NCBI GenBank assembly: GCA_044449985.1
Contig: JBIOIQ010000002.1
Location: 684-64,683 of the forward strand
DNA length: 64,000 nucleotides
Direction of reading: 5' to 3'
Source: Candidatus Saccharimonadia bacterium
GTDB lineage: Bacteria > Patescibacteriota > Saccharimonadia > UBA4664 > JBIOIQ01
Part shown: positions 17,580 to 26,715 of the stretch, piece after piece
Layout of the letters: the number at the start of each line of letters is the position of its first letter
Position numbering within the stretch: the first letter of the stretch is position 1
Program-made: the position numbers and the translations under genes
The notes under the pieces: model-generated
The model's database searches: none
The model's input: the letters and a program-made list of their open reading frames with translations, nothing else
Told to the model about the DNA's origin: nothing

Positions 17580-18899
17580 ATGATAATTATGCGTACTCTC
17601 TCATCAGAGCTTCAAAATCATATTGGCAAAACTGTCCATCTAGCCGGATGGCTCCATAAAAAACGAGCCATGGGCGGGTTAATGTTCGTTGTATTGCGCG
17701 ACCGAAAAGGGCTTACCCAAGTTGTTATTCAAAACGAACAAGAACAGCAGAAACTTCATGGTTTGCAGATTGGCACCGTGCTAAGTATTTCCGGCACAGT
17801 TATGGCTGAACCAAGAGCTGCCGGGGGCGTTGAAATTCATAATCCCAGTATTAGTGTCCTCGTTCCAGTTGAAGAACCGCCGCCAATTGAAATTGATAAA
17901 CCAATTGACCATAAACCAGAAAATTTGGATACATTGTTTGAGCACCGAGTGGTCAGCTTACGAAACCCTACCGAGACGGGCATTTTCAAAATTCAATCGG
18001 CGGTTGGCGATGCAGTGCGAGATTACCTTAAATCTCAAGATTTTACGGAATTTCACAGTCCAAAATTGCTCGCCGAAGCAACCGAGGGGGGCGCTGAAGT
18101 ATTTAAGCTAGATTATTTTGGCCGCGAAGCGACACTCGCCCAGTCCGCCCAATTCTATAAGCAAATGATGGTGGGAGTCTTTGAACGGGCTTTCGAATTC
18201 GGGGCAACCTACCGTGCCGAGCCATCCATGACGACAAGACATATGAGTGAATATATTACGATTGATGCCGAAATGGGATTCATAAGTGACTTGTCAGATA
18301 TTCAAGATTTGCTTTCTGGGCTTTTAAATGTAGTCTGCGATCAGGTTTGGAAACATCATAAAGCTGAGCTGGTTGCGCTTAAAGCTGAACCACCGATACT
18401 CACCCAAACATTGCCATCAATCACCTTGAGAGATTTACATGCTCAGTACTCGGCGGCAACTGGTACTGATACTACGAAAGAAAAAGACCCGACTCCTGCT
18501 GAGGAGCGTTGGGTCAGCGACTACTCTCTGGCTAAACATAAGTCCGAAGCTATCTTTGTGACCGAATTTCCTGCTTCGGAAATGAAGTTCTATCATCATC
18601 GTAACGAACACAATCCTGATATTTCTGATCGGGCAGATCTTATATTCCGAGGAGTCGAAATAGTAACGCTTACCCAACGAGAACATCGTTACCCGATATT
18701 GATTGAACAATTAAAGGCTATCGGAGCAGACCCGGCTCATCCTGGTTTTGAATACTATCTCCAGGCATTCAAATATGGCCTTCCCCCGCATGGCGGGTTC
18801 GGGCTTGGCCTTGAACGTTTAACACAAAAATTAATCGGACTTAGTAACGTTAAAGAAGCCACTCTATTTCCGCGTGACATGCAACGCCTTGCCCCCTAA
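17580..18899 (+). CDS. aspS: aspartate--tRNA ligase, archaeal/type-2 form
   Basis: 439 aa: an OB-fold N-terminus, class II motifs and the C-terminus GLPPHGGFGLGLERL...LFPRDMQRLAP. The length fits the short archaeal-type AspRS. The true start may be the ATG at 17589. Confidence 0.88.
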   Translation: MIIMRTLSSELQNHIGKTVHLAGWLHKKRAMGGLMFVVLRDRKGLTQVVIQNEQEQQKLHGLQIGTVLSISGTVMAEPRAAGGVEIHNPSISVLVPVEEPPPIEIDKPIDHKPENLDTLFEHRVVSLRNPTETGIFKIQSAVGDAVRDYLKSQDFTEFHSPKLLAEATEGGAEVFKLDYFGREATLAQSAQFYKQMMVGVFERAFEFGATYRAEPSMTTRHMSEYITIDAEMGFISDLSDIQDLLSGLLNVVCDQVWKHHKAELVALKAEPPILTQTLPSITLRDLHAQYSAATGTDTTKEKDPTPAEERWVSDYSLAKHKSEAIFVTEFPASEMKFYHHRNEHNPDISDRADLIFRGVEIVTLTQREHRYPILIEQLKAIGADPAHPGFEYYLQAFKYGLPPHGGFGLGLERLTQKLIGLSNVKEATLFPRDMQRLAP

Positions 18900-18921
18900 C
18901 GTTTTACTTAGAGCTTGCTTT

Positions 18922-19122
18922 TTAAACGTGAAGTAGTCCGAGACATTTATAAATTACAAAGGCCGGCCAAACGCCAGCTTTGAGTAGTGCTAACACAATA
19001 GCCCAGAATCCGCGCGAGTGTTTCACAAAATAGACAGCTGCACCTATATAGGTGATAAAGTATGCTCCACCGAATGGCGCCCCGCCTCGGTTTGCTTTGT
19101 AATATTTATCTTGTGACATCAT
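18922..19122 (-). CDS. hypothetical small membrane protein
   Basis: 66 aa with two hydrophobic helices, convergent with aspS. Confidence 0.5.
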   Translation of the reverse strand: MMSQDKYYKANRGGAPFGGAYFITYIGAAVYFVKHSRGFWAIVLALLKAGVWPAFVIYKCLGLLHV

Positions 19123-19214
19123 CTTAGCTGCCTTCTATGACTTATTTACCCTAATAATACTCCAACGTGGTCTAAATAACATCTAGGCATCATTAGTGGA
19201 AATGACGAATTTTA

Positions 19215-19754
19215 TTAAGTTACTGGTAGCGGCTCAAGTAAGACCCCATTTTTTGATACCGTAGGATCAGTACACATGCTAGCGTTAAAACAACATGGTC
19301 TTCGTTCTCCAGCTTTTAGCTTCGAACAAGCTACTTCAATTCGTCGGTTACGTGTTTCTGTTCGGTTGGTTGCGCGAATCCAGCGAATCCATTCCCACCG
19401 CGCCATCGGTGTAATATCTGACCATTGTGTTTGCACCTCGGGGTTGTGGGCAATGCCCTTTAAAATATCTGCAGGAACCTTTGGTTCTGTCCATGCGCGG
19501 GTCGGCTCAAACACTACGTGCACCGTACTTCCGGCTTTTGCTTGCGTGGCCGCTTGGAGGGTTTTGCCGAACTCAAACCAGTGACTGCTTCTGCCGTCAG
19601 GCTCAAGTGCGGTTTGAAATTCAACCCCATCGATAGTCCCAGAAATCATTACTAAGCCTCGCGATGGTAGTTTTGCGCTCACGTCCTCAGGAAGTCTAAG
19701 GATTGTCATTGAGCCAATCATAAATAATTTTGTTTCAAAATGGATTATTGCCAT
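19215..19754 (-). CDS. DUF1905 / YdeI-OmpD-associated family protein
   Basis: 179 aa. The N-terminal segment LPSRGLVMISGTIDGVEFQTALEPDGRSSHWF is typical of DUF1905, and the C-terminal WEWIRWIRATNRTETRNRRIE reads YdeI-like. Confidence 0.72.
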   Translation of the reverse strand: MAIIHFETKLFMIGSMTILRLPEDVSAKLPSRGLVMISGTIDGVEFQTALEPDGRSSHWFEFGKTLQAATQAKAGSTVHVVFEPTRAWTEPKVPADILKGIAHNPEVQTQWSDITPMARWEWIRWIRATNRTETRNRRIEVACSKLKAGERRPCCFNASMCTDPTVSKNGVLLEPLPVT

Positions 19755-19838
19755 ATCTGGTTATTCCTTTTTACGCACTAGGCATTCCGAAAAAAACGTT
19801 ACAAGGCAGATTGAAAGTTATTTTGAAAAAATGTAATT

Positions 19839-19914
<76 letters not shown>

Positions 19915-19970
19915 AGGAATTACTCATTTCTAACTCGCAACATGAATCGTAACCCGTGTATTATAGCGTA

Positions 19971-20132
19971 TTACTTAGTTTCGCGGTGAGCTAGCACTTT
20001 AGCTTCGTGCTTACAGTATTTATTTAGAATCAAACGTTCGGTTGTGTTCTTTGGATTCCGATCGGTAGTATAGTTCCGCTGATGACAACTTTCGCATTCT
20101 AGAGCAATAAATGGTCGATTTCGCTTAGGCAT
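19971..20132 (-). CDS. rpmG: 50S ribosomal protein L33
   Basis: Not in the ORF track (53 aa). My translation is MPKRNRPFIALECESCHQRNYTTDRNPKNTTERLILNKYCKHEAKVLAHRETK, which is classic L33. Confidence 0.9.
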   Translation of the reverse strand: MPKRNRPFIALECESCHQRNYTTDRNPKNTTERLILNKYCKHEAKVLAHRETK

Positions 20133-20325
20133 TCTTGGTTCCTTCTGCCGGGGTTATTAATGAGGCTATCAAATAAAAAATTGTACCTGGTAACACGCCA
20201 GATAGTACGACTATTGCCAGCACCAATAACCTGACGATGGTTGCGTCAACATCAAAATATTTGGCTAAACCACCGCATAAGCCGGTTAATTTGCGATCTT
20301 TGTTGCTGCGGACGAGGTGTTTCAT
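20125..20325 (-). CDS. PspC domain-containing small membrane protein
   Basis: 66 aa from the internal ATG of track ORF 20125..20547. The sequence MKHLVRSNKDRKLTGLCGGLAKYFDVDATIVRLLVLAIVV... matches the PspC-domain pattern. Its stop overlaps the rpmG start by 8 nt. Confidence 0.75.
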   Translation of the reverse strand: MKHLVRSNKDRKLTGLCGGLAKYFDVDATIVRLLVLAIVVLSGVLPGTIFYLIASLITPAEGTKNA

Positions 20326-20342
20326 AGCGACCTTTCTTATTC

Positions 20343-20417
20343 TGGAGCCCAAGGTGGGGATTGAACCCACGACCCCTTCCTTACCATGGAAGTGCTCTGC
20401 CACTGAGCTACTTGGGC
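20343..20417 (-). tRNA. tRNA-Thr (anticodon GGT), CCA end encoded
   Basis: A 75-nt cloverleaf: acceptor GCCCAAG/CTTGGGC, anticodon loop ATGGTAA, T-loop TTCAATC. Confidence 0.95.
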
Positions 20418-20459
20418 AAATACATGATGTGGCAATAAAATATTGCGGGTTTGTAAAAA

Positions 20460-20545
20460 TGGTGCCGGGTGAGAGATTCGAACTCCCGAAGGCGTACACC
20501 AGCTGATTTACAGTCAGCCCCCGTTGGCCGCTTGGGTAACCCGGC
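20460..20545 (-). tRNA. tRNA-Tyr (anticodon GTA), long variable arm, CCA end encoded
   Basis: 86 nt: acceptor GCCGGGT/ACCCGGC, anticodon loop CTGTAAA, T-loop TTCGAAT. Confidence 0.95.
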
Positions 20546-20626
20546 ATGTAATCAGTCTGCTCGCATCCGGCGATAGACTGATGAAATCTCTAAAAACTTT
20601 TTAAATTTAAAAAAGTTAATAGCTTC

Positions 20627-20702
20627 TGGAGCCGACGAGAGGAATCGAACCCCCAACCTACAGTTTACAAAACTGTTGCTCTGCCAATTGAGCTACGTCG
20701 GC
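20627..20702 (-). tRNA. tRNA-Thr (anticodon TGT), CCA end encoded
   Basis: 76 nt: acceptor GCCGACG/CGTCGGC, anticodon loop TTTGTAA, T-loop TTCGATT. The T-stem has two G-U pairs. Confidence 0.92.
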
Positions 20703-20852
20703 ACGCTAAAACTGTACTTCAGCTTACATAATTAAACGTAATAATTCCAGTTTATTGTGCCTGGGCCCCAAATGGTATAGTCTGACAAGGCGGCTGTTTT
20801 GGCCGATTCAACTAAGGAATCATACCACTTTCGGGCTTTTATGACAACCGTA

Positions 20853-21494
20853 TTACAGCTTACCAACTTCGGAATGTGTGCGATTTTGAGATAATGTTTG
20901 TTGCAAAGAGCGCGCTTTATCCAAGTTACCGGTTTGACGATAGGCAGAGAGCAGAAGTTGCTGGTTTTGACGTGAGTCTTCCAGTGTAATAGCCTTCTCA
21001 AGCGCAGAGATAGCTTTGGGCCAATTCGAGAGTTTAGTATAGGCTTTGCCAAGTCCCACATATCGTTTAGAAGACGGTTCAAACATGATTGATTTTTCAT
21101 AAGCCGCAATCGATTTGATATAGTTTTTATTTTCAAAATAGGCCGAACCAAGGTTTGCAAATGCCGGAGCCCCTGGTGCTAGTTGCGCTGCTATTTGGCA
21201 ACACTCGATCGCATCAGCGAAATTCTTCATGTTTAAGTAAATTTTCCCTAAAGAAGTATAGGCGCTTATGTTTTTATGATCGAGCTTGATAACCTCAAGA
21301 TAGGCTTTTTCCGCGGCAATGTATTTCTTTTCGGAATATAATTTCTCGGCGTAGTTTAGAGCCGTCTCGATTTGTGGATTTTGGCGTTTTAGGGTGACCG
21401 CTTTGGGATTTCCGCTTGCACTTGGCAGTCGTCGAATCGCGCGAAAAACCATATAAAAACAAATAAAAAAGAAGATGAAGTAAACTATAATCAT
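20853..21494 (-). CDS. membrane-anchored tetratricopeptide (TPR) repeat protein
   Basis: 213 aa with an N-terminal hydrophobic helix followed by several 34-aa TPR-like units (for example AYTSLGKIYLNMKNFADAIECCQIAAQLAP). Confidence 0.8.
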   Translation of the reverse strand: MIIVYFIFFFICFYMVFRAIRRLPSASGNPKAVTLKRQNPQIETALNYAEKLYSEKKYIAAEKAYLEVIKLDHKNISAYTSLGKIYLNMKNFADAIECCQIAAQLAPGAPAFANLGSAYFENKNYIKSIAAYEKSIMFEPSSKRYVGLGKAYTKLSNWPKAISALEKAITLEDSRQNQQLLLSAYRQTGNLDKARSLQQTLSQNRTHSEVGKL

Positions 21495-22387
21495 CCTAAC
21501 TCCAATGCAAAGCGCCCTAAGGCTGATTTTGGAGAAACATTTGCTGAGCGTTGCTGGGTAAGCAGGTCAAGTGCGCTTAGCTGTGCTAGTACCTGTGAAA
21601 CCTGCCCTAGCTCAGAAGATTGGATGTACTTGCGAAGTCTTGATTGCAGGAGAGTTTTTAAACATTCAATCAAGGTGGTCATGTCCTCGGCATTTAAACT
21701 TGCGAGTTCGTCAGATTTCACTAAGCGGTCAAATATCGGCATGCTAATAAAGTCTATGGCTTGAGTCGAAATTTGTTGCAAATGAGACAAAAATTCTTCG
21801 TTGGACGCCAGTTTAAATGCTCGACCGATCACGCCACTCGCTAGCTCTGCCACTAGCTGGGCGTCCTTAATGCCATTTGACTCAAGATACGCACATGCCT
21901 GTGATCTCGAAGCAGGATAAAAAGATATTGCTTGCAGTCTCGAGCGTAGCGTTTCCCTCAGACTAATCGGACTCGTTGCGAGCAGGACTATGATCGTTTC
22001 AAGAGGAGGCTCTTCTATTATTTTTAATAAGGCATTTTGAGCTTCGGTAGTAAGTTTTTCTGCTTCATCAAGAATAACCATCCGCTTTCCTTGATTGTCA
22101 GTTCGCAGAAGAGCCAAGTTCTTGGTAAGTTCATTGACCGTGGCAATTCCAAAGCTGTCCTTTTCAGGCGATACCACTAGTAGATCCGGATAAGATTTAG
22201 CGGTAATTTGAATGCAGCGAATACAATTGGCTTTTGGCTCGTCGTGTCCATGCCAACCCCGTAGTATCCAGAGCAACGTTGTCATGCGTCCGACACCAGT
22301 TGGGCCGTAGCACACGTAGCTACCCCTAGGATCAGTCTTAAGGGAGGCAATGGACTTTGCGGTGGCTGGATGAACCCATGGTGTCAT
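21491..22387 (-). CDS. holB: DNA polymerase III subunit delta-prime
   Basis: 298 aa with GPTGVGRMT, ILDEAEKLTTEAQNALLKIIEEPP and SRLQ. Confidence 0.85.
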   Translation of the reverse strand: MTPWVHPATAKSIASLKTDPRGSYVCYGPTGVGRMTTLLWILRGWHGHDEPKANCIRCIQITAKSYPDLLVVSPEKDSFGIATVNELTKNLALLRTDNQGKRMVILDEAEKLTTEAQNALLKIIEEPPLETIIVLLATSPISLRETLRSRLQAISFYPASRSQACAYLESNGIKDAQLVAELASGVIGRAFKLASNEEFLSHLQQISTQAIDFISMPIFDRLVKSDELASLNAEDMTTLIECLKTLLQSRLRKYIQSSELGQVSQVLAQLSALDLLTQQRSANVSPKSALGRFALELG

Positions 22388-22394
22388 ATCCTAA

Positions 22395-23282
22395 TTATAC
22401 GGCCGTTTCGAGATAATCAAGAAATACTTTGAGTTCTGGCGGAAGCGGAGATGTTACAGTGACATGGTTATTTTTCATATCAGAAAAGTTAATCTCATAA
22501 GCATGCAGAAAAAGTCGCGAAAGATTCTTAAATTTAGCCCCACGATATATGGGGTCGCCCAAGATAGGATGACCTAGCTGCGCAAAATGCACACGCAGTT
22601 GATGGGTTCTACCGGTTTTGGGATTAGCTTCGATCAACGACGCCTTATTGTACTCACCAACTACTCTATATGAGGTTTGCGCTGTTTTTCCGCTGGGGCT
22701 GACATTATGCTTGAGACTATTATCTTCGCGTCCAATTGGCAGATCTATAACTGCCTCAGCTATCTTTAGATGACCGCTGACTGCCAGCAAGTATGTCTTC
22801 TGAATGGTATGATCTTGAAATTGTTGTTGCAACCAAACCTTTGATTGATTATTTTTCGCAATCAATAACACTCCAGATGTATCTCGATCTAAACGATGGA
22901 CAATTCCGGGTCGGTTGATATCGGGATCACTAGAGATCTGGCGAGCAAAATCAGCAACCGTTGGCTCCACAGGTCGGCCCGAAATATTGTGAACGAGCAT
23001 ACCGGATGGCTTATCAACTGCTACTATGTCATCATCTTCGAATAAGATAGTCAGCTTTGGCGGCACGAGCTTAGGAGTGGGATTCTGAGAGGTCTTAATT
23101 TGAACGAATGCACCGTTTTCGACAATATGGCTTGGCTTAACGGCAACATTATTAACTAAGACATTCTGGAGCCGAATTTCATGCTGCCAAAATGAGCGAC
23201 TTTGACCGAGCTTCTGCGACAATACAATATCTAGCCGTTTGGCTTCAAGTTCTGGCGATATCACGAAAGTATTATTGATCAT
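22395..23282 (-). CDS. rluD: RluA-family 23S rRNA pseudouridine synthase (RluD-like)
   Basis: 295 aa with an S4-like N-terminus and the catalytic HRLDRDTSGVLLIAKN. Confidence 0.88.
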   Translation of the reverse strand: MINNTFVISPELEAKRLDIVLSQKLGQSRSFWQHEIRLQNVLVNNVAVKPSHIVENGAFVQIKTSQNPTPKLVPPKLTILFEDDDIVAVDKPSGMLVHNISGRPVEPTVADFARQISSDPDINRPGIVHRLDRDTSGVLLIAKNNQSKVWLQQQFQDHTIQKTYLLAVSGHLKIAEAVIDLPIGREDNSLKHNVSPSGKTAQTSYRVVGEYNKASLIEANPKTGRTHQLRVHFAQLGHPILGDPIYRGAKFKNLSRLFLHAYEINFSDMKNNHVTVTSPLPPELKVFLDYLETAV

Positions 23283-23317
23283 CGCAATTAATCATACAAC
23301 GAAAGTTTTTCTTGAGT

Positions 23318-24316
23318 TTATCTGATTAAGCTTGAAGCTTCAGTTAAATCTTTGCGAGCACCAAGTACAATTAGGCGGTCCCCGGCATAGATCGTTTCAT
23401 GTCCGTTTGGTTCAATTCTGCTGGTGCCGTCCACTCCGTTGATCGCTATGACCGTCGCACCTTTGACTTGTGAGTCAATCAGAGCACGTCCCAGACGATG
23501 CCCGGCTAATTTTGAATGCTCACCAACCACCATTTCTTCGACCGCCAAATCACTCTGTTTCTTATTGGTGGAAACTATATCCATAAAATCAACAACATTC
23601 GGACGCAGGGCCATATTTGCCATATGGTAGCCTCCGATTTGATAGGGCATGGCTACTTTGTCAGCTCCGGCACGTTTCAACTTGACTTGATTATCTGATC
23701 TGTTGGCCCGCGCAACGATGTATAATTTAGGATTTATTGATCTGGCCGCGAGGACCACGAATAAGTTAAGGGAATCTTCACCAAGACAGGCGATTAGTCC
23801 CTTGGCGTGAGCTACTCCGGCATCTTGGAGCGACTCTTCAAGTGTAGAATCGGCAACTAATGAGGTCAGCCCGTTTTTTATGGCTTCTTCGACTTTTTCC
23901 GGATCTTTATCGAGTCCCACGTAGGCAATTCCTTCATGGTGGAGTTCGCGTGCGACTTGACTTCCGACTCGTCCAAGTCCGCAGACAATATAATGTTCCC
24001 TTAATCGCTCGACTTTAGCTTTCATTCTTCTTTTCTTAACGTTATCACCAATGCCTATAATATATTCCGCAAACCACTTAAGCAAATAGGCTACCACGAC
24101 ATAGCTGCTAATATCGAGGGTGATTTCAATTAATCGACTACTCGAATTGACGAAACCAAAATGATCATTATGCGAAAGCATAATGTAGGTTGATTCATAT
24201 ATTGCATTTCCAATACTTAAACTTGCGGTATGTGAAAGCCCAACCGTACCAAAGAAGAGCAGTCCTAAAACAGACAGCCCGATCCACCATAATCCCCGGT
24301 TTGCGCGCTCACTCAT
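23318..24316 (-). CDS. two-TM channel-like protein with RCK (TrkA-N plus TrkA-C) domains and a non-canonical pore region
   Basis: 332 aa. It has the Rossmann motif IVCGLGRVGSQVARELH and a C-terminal TrkA_C-like domain. The N-terminus has two TM helices, but no TVGYG filter is visible. Confidence 0.78.
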   Translation of the reverse strand: MSERANRGLWWIGLSVLGLLFFGTVGLSHTASLSIGNAIYESTYIMLSHNDHFGFVNSSSRLIEITLDISSYVVVAYLLKWFAEYIIGIGDNVKKRRMKAKVERLREHYIVCGLGRVGSQVARELHHEGIAYVGLDKDPEKVEEAIKNGLTSLVADSTLEESLQDAGVAHAKGLIACLGEDSLNLFVVLAARSINPKLYIVARANRSDNQVKLKRAGADKVAMPYQIGGYHMANMALRPNVVDFMDIVSTNKKQSDLAVEEMVVGEHSKLAGHRLGRALIDSQVKGATVIAINGVDGTSRIEPNGHETIYAGDRLIVLGARKDLTEASSLIR

Positions 24317-24428
24317 TCTGCTTATGATTATAAACGAGAAACGCTAGATTGTCATAGATTCAAATACCGAAATATTAGAAAAATCTGTTCTTGTGAACCG
24401 ATTGGAAACACAGTTTGTGTTTTATTTT

Positions 24429-24830
24429 TTAACGCTTGCTGAATTGTGGAGCTTTTCGAGCTCGCTTAAGGCCAGGTTTCTTGCGTTCTTTTTCGCGAGG
24501 ATCTCGAGTCAGAAGACTGGCTTTTTTAAGCGTTGAGCGGAGCTCGCTGCTCATATCATTAAGTGCGCGCGAAATTGCAAGTTTGGCTGCATCTGCTTGA
24601 CCGCGTTTGCCTCCGCCTGAAACTTTCAAGCTGACTTGGAGTTTTTTATCTTGTCCGGTGAGAACGAGTGGTTGAGTAATAAAAGCTTCGAGAGCGGCAT
24701 TATTAAAATAATCAGCTGATGACATTTCATTGACACTAACTTCGCCGGCACCCTTAAATAGCCTGGCCGTTGCGACCGCTTCTTTGCGGCGTCCGAGTCC
24801 GTAGTAATAATGTTCTTTATTGTCTGCCAC
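24429..24830 (-). CDS. rpsI: 30S ribosomal protein S9
   Basis: 133 aa with GLGRRKEAVA and the C-terminal RKAPQFSKR. Confidence 0.96.
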   Translation of the reverse strand: MADNKEHYYYGLGRRKEAVATARLFKGAGEVSVNEMSSADYFNNAALEAFITQPLVLTGQDKKLQVSLKVSGGGKRGQADAAKLAISRALNDMSSELRSTLKKASLLTRDPREKERKKPGLKRARKAPQFSKR

Positions 24831-24832
24831 GA

Positions 24833-25285
24833 TTAGTTCCTTTTCCCGTTAGAAGTAGATATCTCGAGTGATTTCGGTGTTTGAGCAGTATGGGCATGCT
24901 CTGCTCCAGCGTAAACCTTGAGACGATTCATTCGGTCGTCAGTCAAGCGATTTTTTGGCAACATCCCACGAACTGCATGTTTGATAACTTCTCTGGGATC
25001 TTTTTCCATTTGTGCTGCTAGCGAAATCTCTTTAATTCCTCCTGGATATCCCGAGTGGTGGTAATATTTCTTATCCTCAAGCTTATTGCCACTGACATGA
25101 ACCAGGCTAGCGTTAATGATAACGACATTATCCCCGCAATCAATGTGTGAGGTATATTGTGGCTTATTCTTTCCGCTCAGATGAGTTGCAATGATGGTTG
25201 ATAGCCTACCTAAAGTTTCGCCTTTAGCGTCAATAATATACCATTGCCGAGTTATTTCTGATGGTTTCGCAGAGTAAGTCTTCAT
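24833..25285 (-). CDS. rplM: 50S ribosomal protein L13
   Basis: 150 aa with WYIIDAKGETLGRLST. Confidence 0.96.
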   Translation of the reverse strand: MKTYSAKPSEITRQWYIIDAKGETLGRLSTIIATHLSGKNKPQYTSHIDCGDNVVIINASLVHVSGNKLEDKKYYHHSGYPGGIKEISLAAQMEKDPREVIKHAVRGMLPKNRLTDDRMNRLKVYAGAEHAHTAQTPKSLEISTSNGKRN

Positions 25286-25767
25286 GATGCAACCTTGGTT
25301 TTAGCAGCGTTTGCGTTGGCCTTTGGAGCTGATTTTGGCTTTTCATCGCTAGATTTTGAAGCTGCGGCAGTAACTGCTTTAGCAGTAGTATCGACAGAAG
25401 CAAGTTTAGGAGGTAAGACCAACGCTAAAATTGCCATATCGGCATTATCACCTCTTCGAGTACCCGATTTTACGATTCTGGTATAGCCACCGTTTCTTTC
25501 GGAAAAAGCAGGAGTCAGTTCAAGCAGAAGCTTCTGAACCGCATTCTCAGTAAATAAGACTTGGCGAATTGAGCGCATCGAGGCTAAATCACCTTGCTTA
25601 GCTTTTGTTACCAATCGTTCAAACATAGGTGCAGCTTCTTTGGCTTTTGCTTCGGTAGTGGAAATTTGTTCGTGCAGAACCAAGGAATTCACAAGGCCCC
25701 TAAGCAGGGCTTTGCGTTGATCTCTTTCGAGCGATAATTTTCTTCCTTGGTAAGCGTGACGATGCAT
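25282..25767 (-). CDS. rplQ: 50S ribosomal protein L17 (Ala/Lys-rich C-terminal extension)
   Basis: 161 aa with RKLSLERDQRKALLRGLVNSLVLHEQISTT. Confidence 0.95.
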   Translation of the reverse strand: MHRHAYQGRKLSLERDQRKALLRGLVNSLVLHEQISTTEAKAKEAAPMFERLVTKAKQGDLASMRSIRQVLFTENAVQKLLLELTPAFSERNGGYTRIVKSGTRRGDNADMAILALVLPPKLASVDTTAKAVTAAASKSSDEKPKSAPKANANAAKTKVAS

Positions 25768-26702
25768 TATTCTTCCTCGCTAACCTCAAAACCAAGTTCG
25801 GCAATTTTATCTTTTACTTCATCATAGGCTTTGGCGCCAAAGCCTTTTAAGCTTCTGAGCTCGCCGTCAGTCAAGGTTAAAAGGTCTTTCATGGTTTTTA
25901 TATCGTTATTTAGAAGTGCATTGGTGGTTCTTGGAGAAAAATTAACTTCTTCGATCATGATCTTCGCAGCACCATTGTCACTTCGATCACCACTTACTAC
26001 CGGGATAGCGTCGGTTACATTATTTCCGGCGATAACCTGGAAGTGATTTACCAGTGTTTGGGCGGCCTGCGAAATAGCTTCTTCGGGTGAAATTGTACCA
26101 TCGGTTTCAATTTCCATAACTAAGCGATCGAGATCAGTAACCTGTCCGACACGAGTATTTTCAACGCTGAACCTAACTCGCTGGATTGGGCTGTATAAGG
26201 CGTCAATGGCAATCATGCCGACTTCTAATTTCTCTTCTTCCCGCTGCTCTACTGGAACATAACCTCGCCCTTTTTCGACTCTAATCTCCATTCCAACTTT
26301 AGTTTTAGGGTCGTCAATGGTGCAAATTAATTGCTCGGGGTTCACGATTTCAATTTCGGAAGTAGTTTTAATATCGGCACCCGTGACCTGGCCCTTGCCG
26401 GTTTTTGATAAAATCAAGAACTGGGGCTCATCACTGTAGACCTTAAATCGCAGTCGTTTAAGGTTGAGTAGAACTTCTACGACATCTTCTTTGACGCCTT
26501 TTAAGGTTGAGAACTCATGGGCTACATTATCTATTTTGACTGCAGTAACAGCGGCACCACCTAGGCTTGAAAGGATAACTCGACGTAATGAATTTCCCAG
26601 CGTCATTCCGTACCCTGAATATAATGGTTCAATGACAAATGTTGCTCGGTTGCCGTCTTGCTTAACCGGTTTTAGTTCCGGGGCAGATATTTCGTATAAC
26701 AC
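25767..26702 (-). CDS. rpoA: DNA-directed RNA polymerase subunit alpha
   Basis: 311 aa with GYGMTLGNSLRRVILSS and a C-terminal domain containing SPRTTNAL. Confidence 0.96.
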   Translation of the reverse strand: MLYEISAPELKPVKQDGNRATFVIEPLYSGYGMTLGNSLRRVILSSLGGAAVTAVKIDNVAHEFSTLKGVKEDVVEVLLNLKRLRFKVYSDEPQFLILSKTGKGQVTGADIKTTSEIEIVNPEQLICTIDDPKTKVGMEIRVEKGRGYVPVEQREEEKLEVGMIAIDALYSPIQRVRFSVENTRVGQVTDLDRLVMEIETDGTISPEEAISQAAQTLVNHFQVIAGNNVTDAIPVVSGDRSDNGAAKIMIEEVNFSPRTTNALLNNDIKTMKDLLTLTDGELRSLKGFGAKAYDEVKDKIAELGFEVSEEE

Positions 26703-26715
26703 CTTGGTACTCTCC

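Noticed and set aside
20326-20547. The N-terminal 74 codons of the 140-aa track ORF 20125..20547.
   Set aside because: This stretch is the reverse complement of tRNA-Thr(GGT) and tRNA-Tyr(GTA). Only the last 66 codons (the PspC domain) are credible coding sequence.
20732-21160. A 142-aa minus-strand ORF overlapping the TPR gene in another frame.
   Set aside because: The TPR frame has clear 34-aa repeat structure and operon-consistent boundaries (4-nt overlap with holB). The alternative frame has no recognisable features.
24380-24428. A hairpin, AAACACA-n3-TGTGTTT, just after rpsI that might be its terminator.
   Set aside because: The long T-run follows the hairpin on the plus strand, not on the minus strand where rpsI is transcribed. 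On the minus strand the U-tail is only the stem itself, so it is left uncalled.
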